Under the pieces are notes generated by a model. It was given only the letters and a program-made list of their open reading frames with translations, ran no database searches and was not told the DNA's origin. Position numbers and translations under genes: made by a program. 64,000 bases of DNA from an uncultured Chitinophaga sp. (GTDB taxonomy: Bacteria; Bacteroidota; Bacteroidia; Chitinophagales; Chitinophagaceae): the NCBI GenBank assembly GCA_964473035.1, contig CAYYMK010000009.1, positions 1,450 to 65,449 on the forward strand, given 5' to 3'. The number at the start of each line of letters is the position of its first letter. The first letter of the stretch is position 1. Below, piece after piece: positions 1-10,412 of the stretch.

Positions 1-1707
1 TTTAAAATATTGGGTGCACCGTTGTAAAGTATTTATACAATTTGAAATTTTTACTTCCGGGCCGAAAACACGGATTGTTCTAATATGATTAGACAAGTAT
101 TTACGAATACCGCGACTAAACTCTGTTGCATCCACCAAACTATCCGGATAAAAAAACATTTTATTGGCCCAGCCTTCTGCTTTGCCAGTTCCTTTTAAAA
201 TACCCGTTACACCCACTTTTTGTATAGCTTCCCAATGCGGGTCATCCGGTTTCACATCCGTAAAAGGCATCAAATAAGCTTTTGCTTTCAGCAGTTCTTC
301 CTGCACTGTTCTCACAGGCACATCTCTTACGTTCTTTCTCAACTGAACTGTTTTTGCTGCCAGCACTCCTGCCGCTTGCCCGGTTAATAGAACAACAGGT
401 TGCAATCGTGTAGTACCATTCACAATATTGGTCACTGAAATTCCTTTTTCACAAACAATGAGTCCATCGATTTTCTCCGGAATCAACACACCCATTGGTA
501 TATTATAGGCAGGTATAGGCGGAAATTCTATCTCCGGCACTTTGCCCGGGTAGCGGGCATGATGATGGTCCACCGGGTAATCTCCTACTGATATGCCTGT
601 TCTGTACAAAGTATTATCATACGGGTTTTTGATATGATTGATATTCATCCTCACCACTCCTTTTATTCTTCTACCTTCCCGGTTATAAGGAATCAGGGCC
701 ATGCCTCCGTCCAGTTCATCATCGGCAAGCCCGATATTTTTCATCCCCAGTTCTGTTTGCATGAAATAAATAAAACTCAATGTATGTTGTTTGGCCAATT
801 CGTACTTCTTACTTCGTACTTCGTAGTTTTCTTTCACCACATTCAGGTAAATATCATTTCCAAATGGCGGCCAGTTCAGCATATACTTATCCTGTTTTGC
901 ACCGGGGCTTCTCGGCAACTTTCCATAATTCAGCATTTTTATTTTATCGCCATTCCACGGTTTCCCATCACAGGGTGCATCGGTACAAGTACAATAAAAT
1001 TGTTTGGCATCATATCCATCTGGTTTTGCAATCGTTTTATCTGATCCGGCCCCATAGTCCTTTAACACAGCAGCCCAAGTAAGGTCTTGTATGATATCAT
1101 TCTTTTCCCTTGCTTCTTTTTCACCACTCACCGCCGGATCATCCATACCCAAATCATAAGCAGCGCCGGCAGCAGCAAACACATCCCCCAGTTCGGTTCC
1201 ATCAATCACCACTGTTGCTTTTATTTTTAATATTTCTGAATTATCCTTTTTTCGCAGGGTGGCACCGGTAACTTTGTTTCCGGCTTTTTGTACCGATTCA
1301 AATTCGTACTCATAATAAACTTTAAGGTTCTTTTCATGGGCTACCCATGCTTTGAAAATACTATCACCCACTTTGGGTTCAAAGTTGGTATTGCTTACCC
1401 ACCCGGTATTAAGGCGTTTTCTTCCGTAATGTTTGTACAAAGCCTGCCGAAATTCTTCCCACATACCACTGGGCAACTGGTCATTTCCGTCTGTGCAACT
1501 GACTCCGGCAGCAGTTATCATACCGCCCAGCATTGATGTTGGCTCCAATAATATTGTTTTGGCCCCCTGTCTGGCAGATTGAATGGCCGCAGCTGTGCCG
1601 CCCACACCGCCGCCTACTACCAGTACTTCTGTTTTCAGCTGCACATGTTTTGCCTGTGCCACACAGACTGCAGGGATGAATAACATCCATAATAATCGAA
1701 GCCACAT
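1..1707 (-). CDS. FAD-dependent oxidoreductase with signal peptide; C-terminus runs off the left window edge (not in supplied ORF track)
   Basis: Hand translation of the minus strand from ATG at 1707 gives MWLRLLWMLFIPAVCVAQA (signal-like). It continues KTEVLVVGGGVGGTAAAIQSARQGAKTILLEPTSMLGGMITAAGVSCTDGN, a GxGxxG FAD fold. By eye the frame stays open for all 569 codons down to base 1. Plus-strand ORFs 634..1044 and 780..1082 lie antisense inside it. Confidence 0.8.
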   Translation of the reverse strand, partial: MWLRLLWMLFIPAVCVAQAKHVQLKTEVLVVGGGVGGTAAAIQSARQGAKTILLEPTSMLGGMITAAGVSCTDGNDQLPSGMWEEFRQALYKHYGRKRLNTGWVSNTNFEPKVGDSIFKAWVAHEKNLKVYYEYEFESVQKAGNKVTGATLRKKDNSEILKIKATVVIDGTELGDVFAAAGAAYDLGMDDPAVSGEKEAREKNDIIQDLTWAAVLKDYGAGSDKTIAKPDGYDAKQFYCTCTDAPCDGKPWNGDKIKMLNYGKLPRSPGAKQDKYMLNWPPFGNDIYLNVVKENYEVRSKKYELAKQHTLSFIYFMQTELGMKNIGLADDELDGGMALIPYNREGRRIKGVVRMNINHIKNPYDNTLYRTGISVGDYPVDHHHARYPGKVPEIEFPPIPAYNIPMGVLIPEKIDGLIVCEKGISVTNIVNGTTRLQPVVLLTGQAAGVLAAKTVQLRKNVRDVPVRTVQEELLKAKAYLMPFTDVKPDDPHWEAIQKVGVTGILKGTGKAEGWANKMFFYPDSLVDATEFSRGIRKYLSNHIRTIRVFGPEVKISNCINTLQRCTQYFK

Positions 1708-1734
1708 AGGATGGTAAGTTACACGATTCACGGT

Positions 1735-1771
1735 TTAAAATAAAAATGCCCCGCAGTATATGCAGGGCATT
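1735..1771 (-). terminator. Rho-independent terminator downstream of ssb
   Basis: Hairpin AATGCCC(C)GCA..TGC(A)GGGCATT at 1745-1771. On the minus strand it is followed by a TTTTTATTTT run. Confidence 0.5.
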
Positions 1772-1786
1772 TATTAAAAGATTCAC

Positions 1787-2218
1787 TCAGAATGGTAAAT
1801 CATCTGAACCGCCGGAGACTTCAGTACTGATGGGAACCTGACCCGCAGACTCAGAACTTCCTGCGGCAGATTGCTGTTCATGCACAGCAGATGACCCGTC
1901 GCCCCTGCCACCCAGCAGTTGTACTTCCCGCACCCGTAATGAGAGGGAAGCGCCTGGGCTTCCGTCATTGCGCTTGAAAGACCTTGCTTCAGGCTGTCCT
2001 TCTACAAAAACCTGCTTTCCCTTTGTCAGATACTGGGCGATAGCCGTGCGATCGACCCAGTAGGCACAATCTACCCAGGTTGTTTTTTCCTGCTGGTTGC
2101 CCTGGCTGTCTTTGTATTTTTCGGTGTGGGCTACCGTGAAGTTGATCACATTTTTTCCGTTTACGGTGTTAACCGTACAATCTTTTCCCAGATTGCCAAT
2201 AACCTGCATTTTAATCAT
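1787..2218 (-). CDS. ssb: single-stranded DNA-binding protein
   Basis: OB-fold N-terminus MIKMQVIGNLGKD, a Gly/Ser/Gln-rich linker and the canonical acidic tail DDLPF. The track ORF starts at TTG 2227; the first ATG is at 2218. Confidence 0.93.
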   Translation of the reverse strand: MIKMQVIGNLGKDCTVNTVNGKNVINFTVAHTEKYKDSQGNQQEKTTWVDCAYWVDRTAIAQYLTKGKQVFVEGQPEARSFKRNDGSPGASLSLRVREVQLLGGRGDGSSAVHEQQSAAGSSESAGQVPISTEVSGGSDDLPF

Positions 2219-2331
2219 AGTGCTCAATTTTTAAAGTGACGTAATAAATGAAAGAGCAATTTAAAACTTTTTCATGAACCGGACTAAAAATTTTAGTACC
2301 CGCCGTAGTTTATGAACAGAACGGCACAACC

Positions 2332-4893
2332 TTATTCCTCTGTCCTTGCGCTTCCAGCATCAATCATTTTTCCAAAGAAAATTGCATTCATAAACAACTT
2401 GCTGCCACCCAGCCAGAAAGCCCGGAAATTGGGGTTGTCGGCAATGCTTATGACCCTGCCAAGACCCACAGTGCTGACCACAACCGCTGCCGAGTTTTTG
2501 ATTGCATCAAGATTTTCCCGGCTCACCCATCCGCTTTGCAATGGGCTGCTACCATAGATAAAAGGAGTGGCAAATGGATTTTTGCTTTTTTCCATAAAAA
2601 CCCTGTTTGCTTTAAAGAGGTTCACAGCTTTTGCATGATACCCAAAAGCAAGCGGATGTGTCGGGTCAGGTTCTGCTTCAAAAATAGCTCCCCGTATTTG
2701 CTGCGCCCCCTCCACCTGCTCCCTGTCGGCGTATCGCAGGCGCTGTGTGGTATCAGTTGCAGCCTTAGCTTTCTTAAATTTAATATCCATAATCCCGCTT
2801 TGTGCAGCCCAGCTTACTGCTTCTTCTGTAAGTATCAGAATGCCGCCGCCCTGCACCCATGATTTCAGTTTTTCTTTATTGAGTTCTGAGGATACAGCGC
2901 CTGCAAGGATAATGGTATTGTATTTTGAAGGATCAATGCGGTTGAACACAGAGGCTTCCAGATGCGTTGCTGGTATATTCATACGTTGATCCAGCAAATG
3001 CCATACTTCACCTGCATCGAGCGGATTGGCGCCCGGTCCTACGAGCAACGCCACATGTGGTTTTGTTAGTACAAAAAACCTGCTGCTACCCAGATCGGGA
3101 CCACTGGTTGCACTGCCGCCCTGCACTGCAGCTACACTCAGTGAATATTTTTCTGCCAGCGTTAAAATTCTATTTTCAACAGCAGCCGCATCTTTTTGCT
3201 GACCCGCCACTGGCACCAGTAATGTGCCTTGATGAAATAATCGCCGCGAACCTGCGACCGGAATTTCAGTTTTTACGGTTGCCGCTTTCACGAGGTAGCC
3301 TTCCTGTAGTAATTCGTACAATGCAGCGGGAGCATACAGGTCGTCCCACTCAATCAAATAGGCATAATTACTTTGTCCGCCTGTAACCGATCCTTTGGGC
3401 ATTGGTACTGTTTCCACTTTGCTACCAGGGCTTACATGGCTGATAAGCTCTTTATGGGGAAGCCCGAGTGCAAGGGGAATGGTCCAAGCGGTGATGTCAT
3501 AAAACAAACTGTCAGAAAACTGTTTTGTTTTTTCAAAAACAGCTCGGATCAAACTATGCTGCGGCTGGCTCATGGGTACCAGGTATGCATTTCCTTTTTC
3601 AAAAACCGGATCAGACCACTGATCAGGTAGTTGATACAATTCCACCTGGTGCCTTTGCAGCATTTCGGCAAAAAGGTATGTTTTTACCGGATCGTTTTTA
3701 TCGCCAAACACATAACCCTTTACCGGATATGCGTCAGCTCTAGATGGAGCCTGCCGGTAAAAATCTCTTTGATACCCGAGCAATTCTTTGCGCAGTGTTT
3801 TTGCCCCTTCCAGTGTCGAGAGCGCTGTTACAAACTGGTTGCGGATAGTAAAAGGAAAACTGAGCAGGCCGTTGGCTGTTTGCTGCAAATGGCCCCTGGA
3901 CGATCCCTGCTCAAACAGGATTCCGATACATCCCTGTACATCAGGATAAGTGGAGCCTTTGCCATAATAAAAATCATCATAATTCTCTTTTGTGAAATAC
4001 ATGGAGCCGATGCGATCCAGGTATTGCGCATGGAATGCAGCAAGTTTTGCAGTAAGCTCCTGGTTTTTTTGTGGTGTCAGTGCATTGACCCTTGATGGCA
4101 CTCCCGGCTGAAAGAAGAAAGTGGCATTGCTGCCCTGCTCATGATGATCGGTGAGGATATTGGGTTTCCAGTGGTGAAACCATTTCAGCCGGTTCTGACT
4201 TTCCACATGTACAGCAGGCAGCCAGTCTCGGTTCAGGTCGAACCAATAATGGTTAAACCGCCCGCCGGGCCATACTTCATTAAACTCTCTTGAATTAGGA
4301 TCACTCACCAGGTTTTTGCTTTTGTGCTGGTTGGCCCACGTAGAAAAACGCTGCAGCCCATCCGGGTTGAAGGAGGGATCGAACAGGATGACAACCTGCT
4401 CCAGCATGTCCTCTATTTCTTTTCCCTGTGCAGCAGCAAGATGATAGGCGCTGACCAATGATGCATTAGCACCACTGGGCTCATTGCCATGAATGGAATG
4501 ACCGATCCATACTACAGCAGGCATCTGATCAATATTCAAAGAAACGGATTTGGCAGGGTCGGTCAGTTGTACATGCTGCTGCCGGATTTGCTCCAGTCGT
4601 GCATGGTTGCCTGGTGAAGTGAAGATGAGAAGCAGTTGCGGCCTTCCCTCATAGGTATATCCCATGGTTTCCAGTTTCACACGGGTGGGGGCTGCCTGTG
4701 CCACAGCCTTCATATAATTGACAAGACGGTCGTGAGTGATGTGCCACTCACCCACTTCATGGTAAATAATCTGATTCGGTTTTGGGATGGCCGGATTGTA
4801 GGTAACGCCTGCCGGCAGATAGTAGTGCAGATCCTGACCATTCAGAAAAAATACTGAGAAAAGGATACCGAGTGCAAGAACAAATTTCTTCAT
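2332..4893 (-). CDS. M14-family zinc carboxypeptidase-like protein, secreted, 853 aa
   Basis: Signal peptide MKKFVLALGILFSVFFLNGQ. M14 zinc motif region WIGHSIHGNEPSGANASL, followed by a long C-terminal extension. Confidence 0.85.
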   Translation of the reverse strand: MKKFVLALGILFSVFFLNGQDLHYYLPAGVTYNPAIPKPNQIIYHEVGEWHITHDRLVNYMKAVAQAAPTRVKLETMGYTYEGRPQLLLIFTSPGNHARLEQIRQQHVQLTDPAKSVSLNIDQMPAVVWIGHSIHGNEPSGANASLVSAYHLAAAQGKEIEDMLEQVVILFDPSFNPDGLQRFSTWANQHKSKNLVSDPNSREFNEVWPGGRFNHYWFDLNRDWLPAVHVESQNRLKWFHHWKPNILTDHHEQGSNATFFFQPGVPSRVNALTPQKNQELTAKLAAFHAQYLDRIGSMYFTKENYDDFYYGKGSTYPDVQGCIGILFEQGSSRGHLQQTANGLLSFPFTIRNQFVTALSTLEGAKTLRKELLGYQRDFYRQAPSRADAYPVKGYVFGDKNDPVKTYLFAEMLQRHQVELYQLPDQWSDPVFEKGNAYLVPMSQPQHSLIRAVFEKTKQFSDSLFYDITAWTIPLALGLPHKELISHVSPGSKVETVPMPKGSVTGGQSNYAYLIEWDDLYAPAALYELLQEGYLVKAATVKTEIPVAGSRRLFHQGTLLVPVAGQQKDAAAVENRILTLAEKYSLSVAAVQGGSATSGPDLGSSRFFVLTKPHVALLVGPGANPLDAGEVWHLLDQRMNIPATHLEASVFNRIDPSKYNTIILAGAVSSELNKEKLKSWVQGGGILILTEEAVSWAAQSGIMDIKFKKAKAATDTTQRLRYADREQVEGAQQIRGAIFEAEPDPTHPLAFGYHAKAVNLFKANRVFMEKSKNPFATPFIYGSSPLQSGWVSRENLDAIKNSAAVVVSTVGLGRVISIADNPNFRAFWLGGSKLFMNAIFFGKMIDAGSARTEE

Positions 4894-5202
4894 AATGCAG
4901 TTTTAGAACAGGGAAATTACAAAATGAAACAGAAACCGGGATCATGGACAAAAATTACCTTGTTTTAAAAGCAACGGCATATTTTTCTTAATACGCAGTA
5001 AGAGGCCGGGTGCCTGAAGATTTTACATTCAGGCCAGCGTTAAACCTGAAAGAAATAAACCAGGAAGCAGATTTGTACGACTTATATCTGGCAATGACGC
5101 ATACAACTTTATTTTGCAGACTTTAATACTGTCCGGTAATTTTGGGGAAGTATTCAAATTAAAACCGGGAAATGTTGAAAAAGTGAACGCAAGTATAGCA
5201 GA

Positions 5203-5580
5203 ATGATTCGCAGACAATTCAACAGCATCAATATGGCAATAGATATTTTTCAAACTTTGGATGTAATTGAGGCGATGGAAAATTTCCTGGAACGAATAAG
5301 GCCCCGGAAAGAGATCAGGCCTGAGTTAGACTACGGCTATAAAATTGAAGGCCAAAGCATCCTCATTTTTGAAATCAGGCCTCGATGGAACAAACCTGAA
5401 ATTATTCTTGAAGATCCTTTTGCAAAGACAACCTTTGTGAAAGCAAAAAAATACTGGAAAGTATTTTGGATGAGGGCAAATCTTAAGTGGTATCCTTACT
5501 CTCCCATGCCGGTTGTGAAAACAATTCATAAATTCATCAAAATTGTTGAAGAAGATGAATATCATTGCTTTTTTGGATAA
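5203..5580 (+). CDS. small conserved hypothetical protein (DUF3024-like)
   Basis: 125-aa ORF. The pattern IFEIRPRWNKPE...AKTTFVKAKKYWKVFWMRANLKWYPY recalls the DUF3024 family. Assigned from memory only; the start could be the internal ATG at 5233. Confidence 0.55.
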   Translation: MIRRQFNSINMAIDIFQTLDVIEAMENFLERIRPRKEIRPELDYGYKIEGQSILIFEIRPRWNKPEIILEDPFAKTTFVKAKKYWKVFWMRANLKWYPYSPMPVVKTIHKFIKIVEEDEYHCFFG

Positions 5581-5687
5581 GAGGAGATTCGGTCTGTAGC
5601 TTCCCGTTTGTTGCAGCACAACCGGTTTTTGATGTAGCTGCAATAAAGCTATCCCATCCCACCCTGCCGCAGGTTCAGCCCGATCCT

Positions 5688-5695
5688 TACCTTTG
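5688..5695 (+). promoter_or_regulatory. Bacteroidota-type -7 promoter box TACCTTTG
   Basis: Exact match to TAnnTTTG, ending 5 nt before the ATG at 5700. Confidence 0.35.
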
Positions 5696-5699
5696 CAGT

Positions 5700-6926
5700 A
5701 TGCTTACCATTTCTCAACGAGGGCAGCAAATGCCGCCATCGCCCATCCGCAAACTGGTGCCTTTTGCCGAGGCAGCCCGTCAAAAAGGAATTAAAGTGTA
5801 TCACCTCAATATCGGCCAACCAGATATTGAAACTCCGCCTGCAATACTTGATGCAGTGCGCAATGCCCGCATTAAAGTTCTGGAATACAGCCACAGCGCC
5901 GGAAATGAAAGCTACCGCCGAAAACTGGTGCAGTATTATCAAAAGGCAGGCATCAGCGTCAGCCATGACCAGATCATTATTACCACCGGAGGCAGCGAGG
6001 CCATCATGTTTGGTTTTTTTACCTGCCTGAACCCCGGCGATGAGGTCATTATTCCTGAACCTTTCTATGCCAACTACAATGGTTTTGCCTGCGCTGCGGG
6101 TGTACAGGTGGTTCCCGTGACCTCCCGCATCGAAACAGGCTTTGCACTGCCTCCAATTGAAGAATTTGAAAAAAAGATTACTGATAAGACCAAAGCCATC
6201 ATCATTTGCAGCCCCAATAATCCCACCGGATACCTGTACAGCCGACAGGAAATGGAGGCGCTAAAAGAAATCTGTGTCCGGCGCAGCCTGTACCTGTTCA
6301 GCGATGAGGCATACCGTGAATTTTGCTACGATGGTTCATATTTCAGTGCCATGCACCTGCTGGGAGCAGATGATCATGTTGTAATGATGGATACCATATC
6401 CAAACGGTACAGCGCCTGTGGCGCCAGGCTGGGGGCATTTGTAACCAAAAACAAACAAGTGTATGATGCTGCAATGAAATTTGCACAAGCCAGGCTAAGT
6501 CCGCCCGGACTGGCTCAAATCATGGGCGAAGCAGCTATTGACCTGCCCGATCATTACTTTGATGCTCCAAAAGCCGAATACCTGGCAAGACGAAACCGGC
6601 TGGTACAGCGAATGAATGCCATGCCAGGAGTTTATTGCCCTGTTCCGGGAGGCGCTTTTTATGCAATAGCCCGGCTGCCCATTGACAACAGCGATGCCTT
6701 TTGCCAATGGCTGCTTGAAGATTTTACTTACCAGCAGCAAACTGTGATGCTGGCTCCCGCAACAGGTTTCTATGGTACGGCAGGACTTGGAAAAAATGAA
6801 GTACGCCTCGCCTATGTGCTCAACCTTGATGCCATCAATGCTGCAATGGACTGCCTGGAGCAAGCCCTGCAGCAATACCCCGGCAGGGTAGAAGCACAAC
6901 CTGCACTTGCTGCTGCATCCAGATAG
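5700..6926 (+). CDS. pyridoxal-phosphate-dependent aminotransferase (class I/II, aspartate aminotransferase-like)
   Basis: MLTISQRGQQMPPSPIRKL N-terminus, NPTGY motif and SKRYSACGARLG (PLP lysine region). The track ORF from 5565 is a 5' over-extension that overlaps the previous gene. Confidence 0.9.
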   Translation: MLTISQRGQQMPPSPIRKLVPFAEAARQKGIKVYHLNIGQPDIETPPAILDAVRNARIKVLEYSHSAGNESYRRKLVQYYQKAGISVSHDQIIITTGGSEAIMFGFFTCLNPGDEVIIPEPFYANYNGFACAAGVQVVPVTSRIETGFALPPIEEFEKKITDKTKAIIICSPNNPTGYLYSRQEMEALKEICVRRSLYLFSDEAYREFCYDGSYFSAMHLLGADDHVVMMDTISKRYSACGARLGAFVTKNKQVYDAAMKFAQARLSPPGLAQIMGEAAIDLPDHYFDAPKAEYLARRNRLVQRMNAMPGVYCPVPGGAFYAIARLPIDNSDAFCQWLLEDFTYQQQTVMLAPATGFYGTAGLGKNEVRLAYVLNLDAINAAMDCLEQALQQYPGRVEAQPALAAASR

Positions 6927-7010
6927 GAACCATACCTATTGTGCTGAATCTTCTTTTTACAGGGAATGTTTTTCCACTATATTGCCCCCCTTAATTCAAA
7001 TCGACATTAT

Positions 7011-9770
7011 ATGAGAAAACTACTGCTGCTACTTTCAGCATGTTTATTTACTGCCTTTGCTGTTCTGGCACAAGTTACCATAACAGGAAAAGTAACCGAT
7101 GCCAACGGAACAGCGCTGGCTGGTATGACAGTTAAGTCTAAAAAAACGGGCAAAGGAACAGTTACTGCTACCGATGGAAGTTTCCGGATCAGTGCCAGCC
7201 CAGGCGAAGAACTGGAAATCTCCGGTGTGGGTTTTGCACCCATAACTATTACCGCTACCGCTGCAGAAATGACGATTTCAATGACACAAACAATCGAAGA
7301 ACTCATACAGGTGGTACTGGTGGGTACCCGACGTATTGGCCGTGTAAAAACAGAAACTACTGCGCCGGTAGATGTGATCAATGTGGGCCAGGCCACAGCC
7401 CCTACTGGACGAATGGACCTGACCTCCGTTTTGAACTATGCAGCCCCATCCTTCAACTACAACAAACAAAGCGGAAGCGACGGAGCCGATCATATTGACC
7501 TGGCAACGCTGCGTGGGCTGGGCCCCGATCAAACTCTTGTGCTGGTCAACGGAAAGCGCCGCCACCAGACTGCCTTTGTTGCGGTATTCGGAACAAGAGG
7601 CCGGGGCAATTCCGGTACCGATCTGAATGCCATTCCTGCCTCAGCTATTGACCGTGTCGAAATATTGAGAGACGGCGCTTCGGCACAATATGGCTCGGAT
7701 GCCATTGCCGGGGTAATGAACCTCATCCTGAAATCTTCAGTCAATAAATTTACCGGAACTGTTGGCTGGAGTGGCTATCTCGACCCAAAATTCAATACCG
7801 CTTTTGCTGATGACCTGAGTACACAATATGAATCGGCCGGAAAGGTGGATGGAAATTCCCTTTCTGCAAATCTGAACTATGGGGTGCCAATAGGAAAAAA
7901 AGGCGGATTTCTGAACATGAGTCTCGACCTGCAAACAACCGGCAAAACTTTCCGGCAGGCACTGGACACCAGCGACTATTACAACAATGATGATGCCATG
8001 TACATTGATATTTACCGCCGCGGCCATGGCGATGCCGAACTGGATCTTGTGAGCGGAGCATTGAACCTGGAAGTACCCACAAAAGGCAATGCCGTTTTTT
8101 ATTCCTTCGGCTCCTATAGCTATAAATCGTCCGATGCTTTTGCATTTACACGAAACTGGTCGGCCCGCCCTGACCGCTTTCCAACCACCGGCACAGGCGA
8201 TCTGATTTTTGTTGATGGTATCATGAAGAATACGAATGACGGCGAAACATTTTTTTCACCGCATATACAAACAAAAATCAACGACCTTTCACTCACTGCC
8301 GGTGTAAAAGGTGTAGCCGACGGATGGAACTGGGATCTGAGTAATACCATTGGCCGGAATGATTTTCATTTTTATGGCGACAAAACATTCAATGCTTCTC
8401 TGGGCGCTACACAAACTCATTTTGATGACGGCGGATTCAACTTTCTGCAAAACACAGTAAACCTGAATTTCAGCAAAGCTATTACCAGCCGATTCAATTT
8501 TGCCCTCGGTGCTGAAGGCCGGATTGAACGCTACCAGATTTTTGCAGGTGAAGAAGCTTCTTACAAAAACTATGATCTCTCAGGAGAAAAAGCAACCGGA
8601 GCCCAGGGTTTTCCTGGCTATCAGCCCAATGATGAAGTAAACGCAAGAAGGTCCGTTGTGGGTCTGTATGCCGATGCAGAATATGATGTAACAACCCAAT
8701 GGCTGGTCAATGGGGCGGTGCGTATTGAAAACTACAGCGATTTTGGATTTACCAGCAATTACAAATTTTCTACCCGCTATAAGGCATCTCCCCGGCTGAA
8801 CCTGCGTGCCTCGGCCAGCACAGGTTTCCGTGCTCCTTCATTGCAGCAAATCAACTTCAGCTCCACATTTACAACAGTACAGGCCGGAAATATTGCAGAA
8901 GTCAAGATTGCACCCAACTACAGTCCCATTACAAAAGCAGCAGGCATACCGGAACTGAAGCAGGAGGAAAGTGTGAATGCCAGTGTGGGCTTTGCATGGC
9001 AACCTGTAAAAGGACTGAATGTTACCGTGGACGGATACTATGTTAAAATAAAAGATCGTGTGGTCATCAGCGGGCAGTTCGACGGCAGTGATCCTGACCT
9101 GGATGCCGGCTTGCGTTCTCAAATGGCGGCACTGAATGTAAGCCTTGCTCAGTTTTTTGCCAACGGTGTTAACAGCACAAACATGGGGGTTGACATTGTA
9201 GTGGATTATGTAAAGAAATGGGGACATCACCGGATCAAAGGATTGTTTGCAGGAAATTTCCAGAATATGGAGATTGACAAAATCAATGTACCCACAAAGC
9301 TTTCCGGTTCTGAATTTTTACGTCAGACTTTTTTGAGCGACCGGGAACAAAAATTTATCCTCGCATCTGCCCCGAAAAATAAATTTGCGCTCAATCTTGA
9401 ATATGGACACCAGGAATTAACAGCCGGCGCCCGGTTCACCTATTTTGGTGAAGTTGAGTTGCTGGGCTACGGCGAAGACGGACTGGGTATTTCGCCCACT
9501 GTGCCACTGGACAACGGAAGCGGAAATGTACCGGACCTTTATAATTACTCCGGAAAACTGGTTACGGATGTATATGCCAGCTACGATTTAAGTAAACATT
9601 TGACCCTGATCATCGGAGCCGATAACCTACTGAATGTTCATCCTGAATTTGGGGTGGTAAAAGCTGCTAAAGACTGGGCCTACAATACAGAAACCGGCGG
9701 TGCATGGGATGCCGTACAGATGGGCTTTAACGGCAGAAGATTATTTGCCCGCATCGGGTTTAGATTTTGA
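7011..9770 (+). CDS. TonB-dependent receptor with N-terminal carboxypeptidase-regulatory-like domain
   Basis: Signal peptide MRKLLLLLSACLFTAFAVLAQ and a CarbopepD_reg-like segment VTITGKVTDANGTALAGMTVK. Plug motifs are present (IEILRDGASAQYGSDAIAGVMNLI). The beta-barrel ends in ...RLFARIGFRF. Confidence 0.9.
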   Translation: MRKLLLLLSACLFTAFAVLAQVTITGKVTDANGTALAGMTVKSKKTGKGTVTATDGSFRISASPGEELEISGVGFAPITITATAAEMTISMTQTIEELIQVVLVGTRRIGRVKTETTAPVDVINVGQATAPTGRMDLTSVLNYAAPSFNYNKQSGSDGADHIDLATLRGLGPDQTLVLVNGKRRHQTAFVAVFGTRGRGNSGTDLNAIPASAIDRVEILRDGASAQYGSDAIAGVMNLILKSSVNKFTGTVGWSGYLDPKFNTAFADDLSTQYESAGKVDGNSLSANLNYGVPIGKKGGFLNMSLDLQTTGKTFRQALDTSDYYNNDDAMYIDIYRRGHGDAELDLVSGALNLEVPTKGNAVFYSFGSYSYKSSDAFAFTRNWSARPDRFPTTGTGDLIFVDGIMKNTNDGETFFSPHIQTKINDLSLTAGVKGVADGWNWDLSNTIGRNDFHFYGDKTFNASLGATQTHFDDGGFNFLQNTVNLNFSKAITSRFNFALGAEGRIERYQIFAGEEASYKNYDLSGEKATGAQGFPGYQPNDEVNARRSVVGLYADAEYDVTTQWLVNGAVRIENYSDFGFTSNYKFSTRYKASPRLNLRASASTGFRAPSLQQINFSSTFTTVQAGNIAEVKIAPNYSPITKAAGIPELKQEESVNASVGFAWQPVKGLNVTVDGYYVKIKDRVVISGQFDGSDPDLDAGLRSQMAALNVSLAQFFANGVNSTNMGVDIVVDYVKKWGHHRIKGLFAGNFQNMEIDKINVPTKLSGSEFLRQTFLSDREQKFILASAPKNKFALNLEYGHQELTAGARFTYFGEVELLGYGEDGLGISPTVPLDNGSGNVPDLYNYSGKLVTDVYASYDLSKHLTLIIGADNLLNVHPEFGVVKAAKDWAYNTETGGAWDAVQMGFNGRRLFARIGFRF

Positions 9771-9791
9771 AACAGAGAAAAAAGAAACAAG

Positions 9792-9823
9792 AAGGCAGCG
9801 TACACAGTGTGTTGCCTTTTTTT
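9792..9823 (+). terminator. Rho-independent terminator after the TonB-dependent receptor
   Basis: AAGGCA...TGCCTT stem followed by TTTTT. It overlaps the stop codon of the convergent GNAT gene. Confidence 0.6.
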
Positions 9824-10412
9824 ATGGTCTTATTAGTTGTGTTTTCTCTGAAAAAATTGCAGGCAGAAATTCTTTGTCTAGTTCGGAAAAGAAAACAGGC
9901 GGAGCAGGTTCCTGGTCAAATTCATTCAAACCCAGCCGCCACCAGCCCACATTTTTCCATTGACCCAGTTTATACCCCACCTGTTCATATGTTGCAAAAT
10001 ATCGGAACCCGCAGCTTTCATGAAAGGCCACACTTTTTTCATTGGGTAAATTGATAACCGCATACAGGTTCCTGAAGCCCTGTTTTTTTACCACAACAAA
10101 TAATGCTTCGTATAAAGCCCTGGCAACAGCCCTGCGCTGAAACTGGTCGTGCACATACACCGAAGATTCAATACTCCACTGGTACGCCGTACGCTCCCGG
10201 TAGCCTGATGCATAACAATATCCTGCGATCATCCCGTCAATTTCACAAACCAGCCAGGGCCATTTCTGCAGGTACTTATGGATGCGTCCGGCAAATTCAT
10301 TGAACGGGGGTACTTCCGTTTCAAAAGTAAACGAAGTATTGGCAATATAAGGGGCATAAATGGCCAATATCCCTTCGGCATCGGAAGAAGTGGCCATCCG
10401 AATGATTTTCAT
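9822..10412 (-). CDS. GNAT-family N-acetyltransferase (phosphinothricin acetyltransferase-like)
   Basis: 196 aa. IRMATSSDAEGILAIYAPYI...QRRAVARALYEAL matches the GNAT acetyl-CoA motif Q/RxxGxA-like. Confidence 0.85.
   Translation of the reverse strand: MKIIRMATSSDAEGILAIYAPYIANTSFTFETEVPPFNEFAGRIHKYLQKWPWLVCEIDGMIAGYCYASGYRERTAYQWSIESSVYVHDQFQRRAVARALYEALFVVVKKQGFRNLYAVINLPNEKSVAFHESCGFRYFATYEQVGYKLGQWKNVGWWRLGLNEFDQEPAPPVFFSELDKEFLPAIFSEKTQLIRP

Noticed and set aside
634-1082. Plus-strand ORFs 634..1044 and 780..1082, and minus-strand ORF 1481..1786.
   Set aside because: They lie within, or out of frame with, the 569-codon FAD-oxidoreductase reading frame on the minus strand. That frame has a clear GxGxxG fold and a signal peptide.
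5565-5699. 5'-extended track ORFs (5565, 6966, 16055, 13612, 34810, 37997, 38068, 57620, 62873, 2227, 21062, 21403, 22582, 40662, 56210).
   Set aside because: The extensions start at alternative codons or add non-homologous residues ahead of an obvious signal peptide or conserved N-terminus, and several overlap the upstream gene. I used internal ATG starts, or TTG 38104 for deoC.
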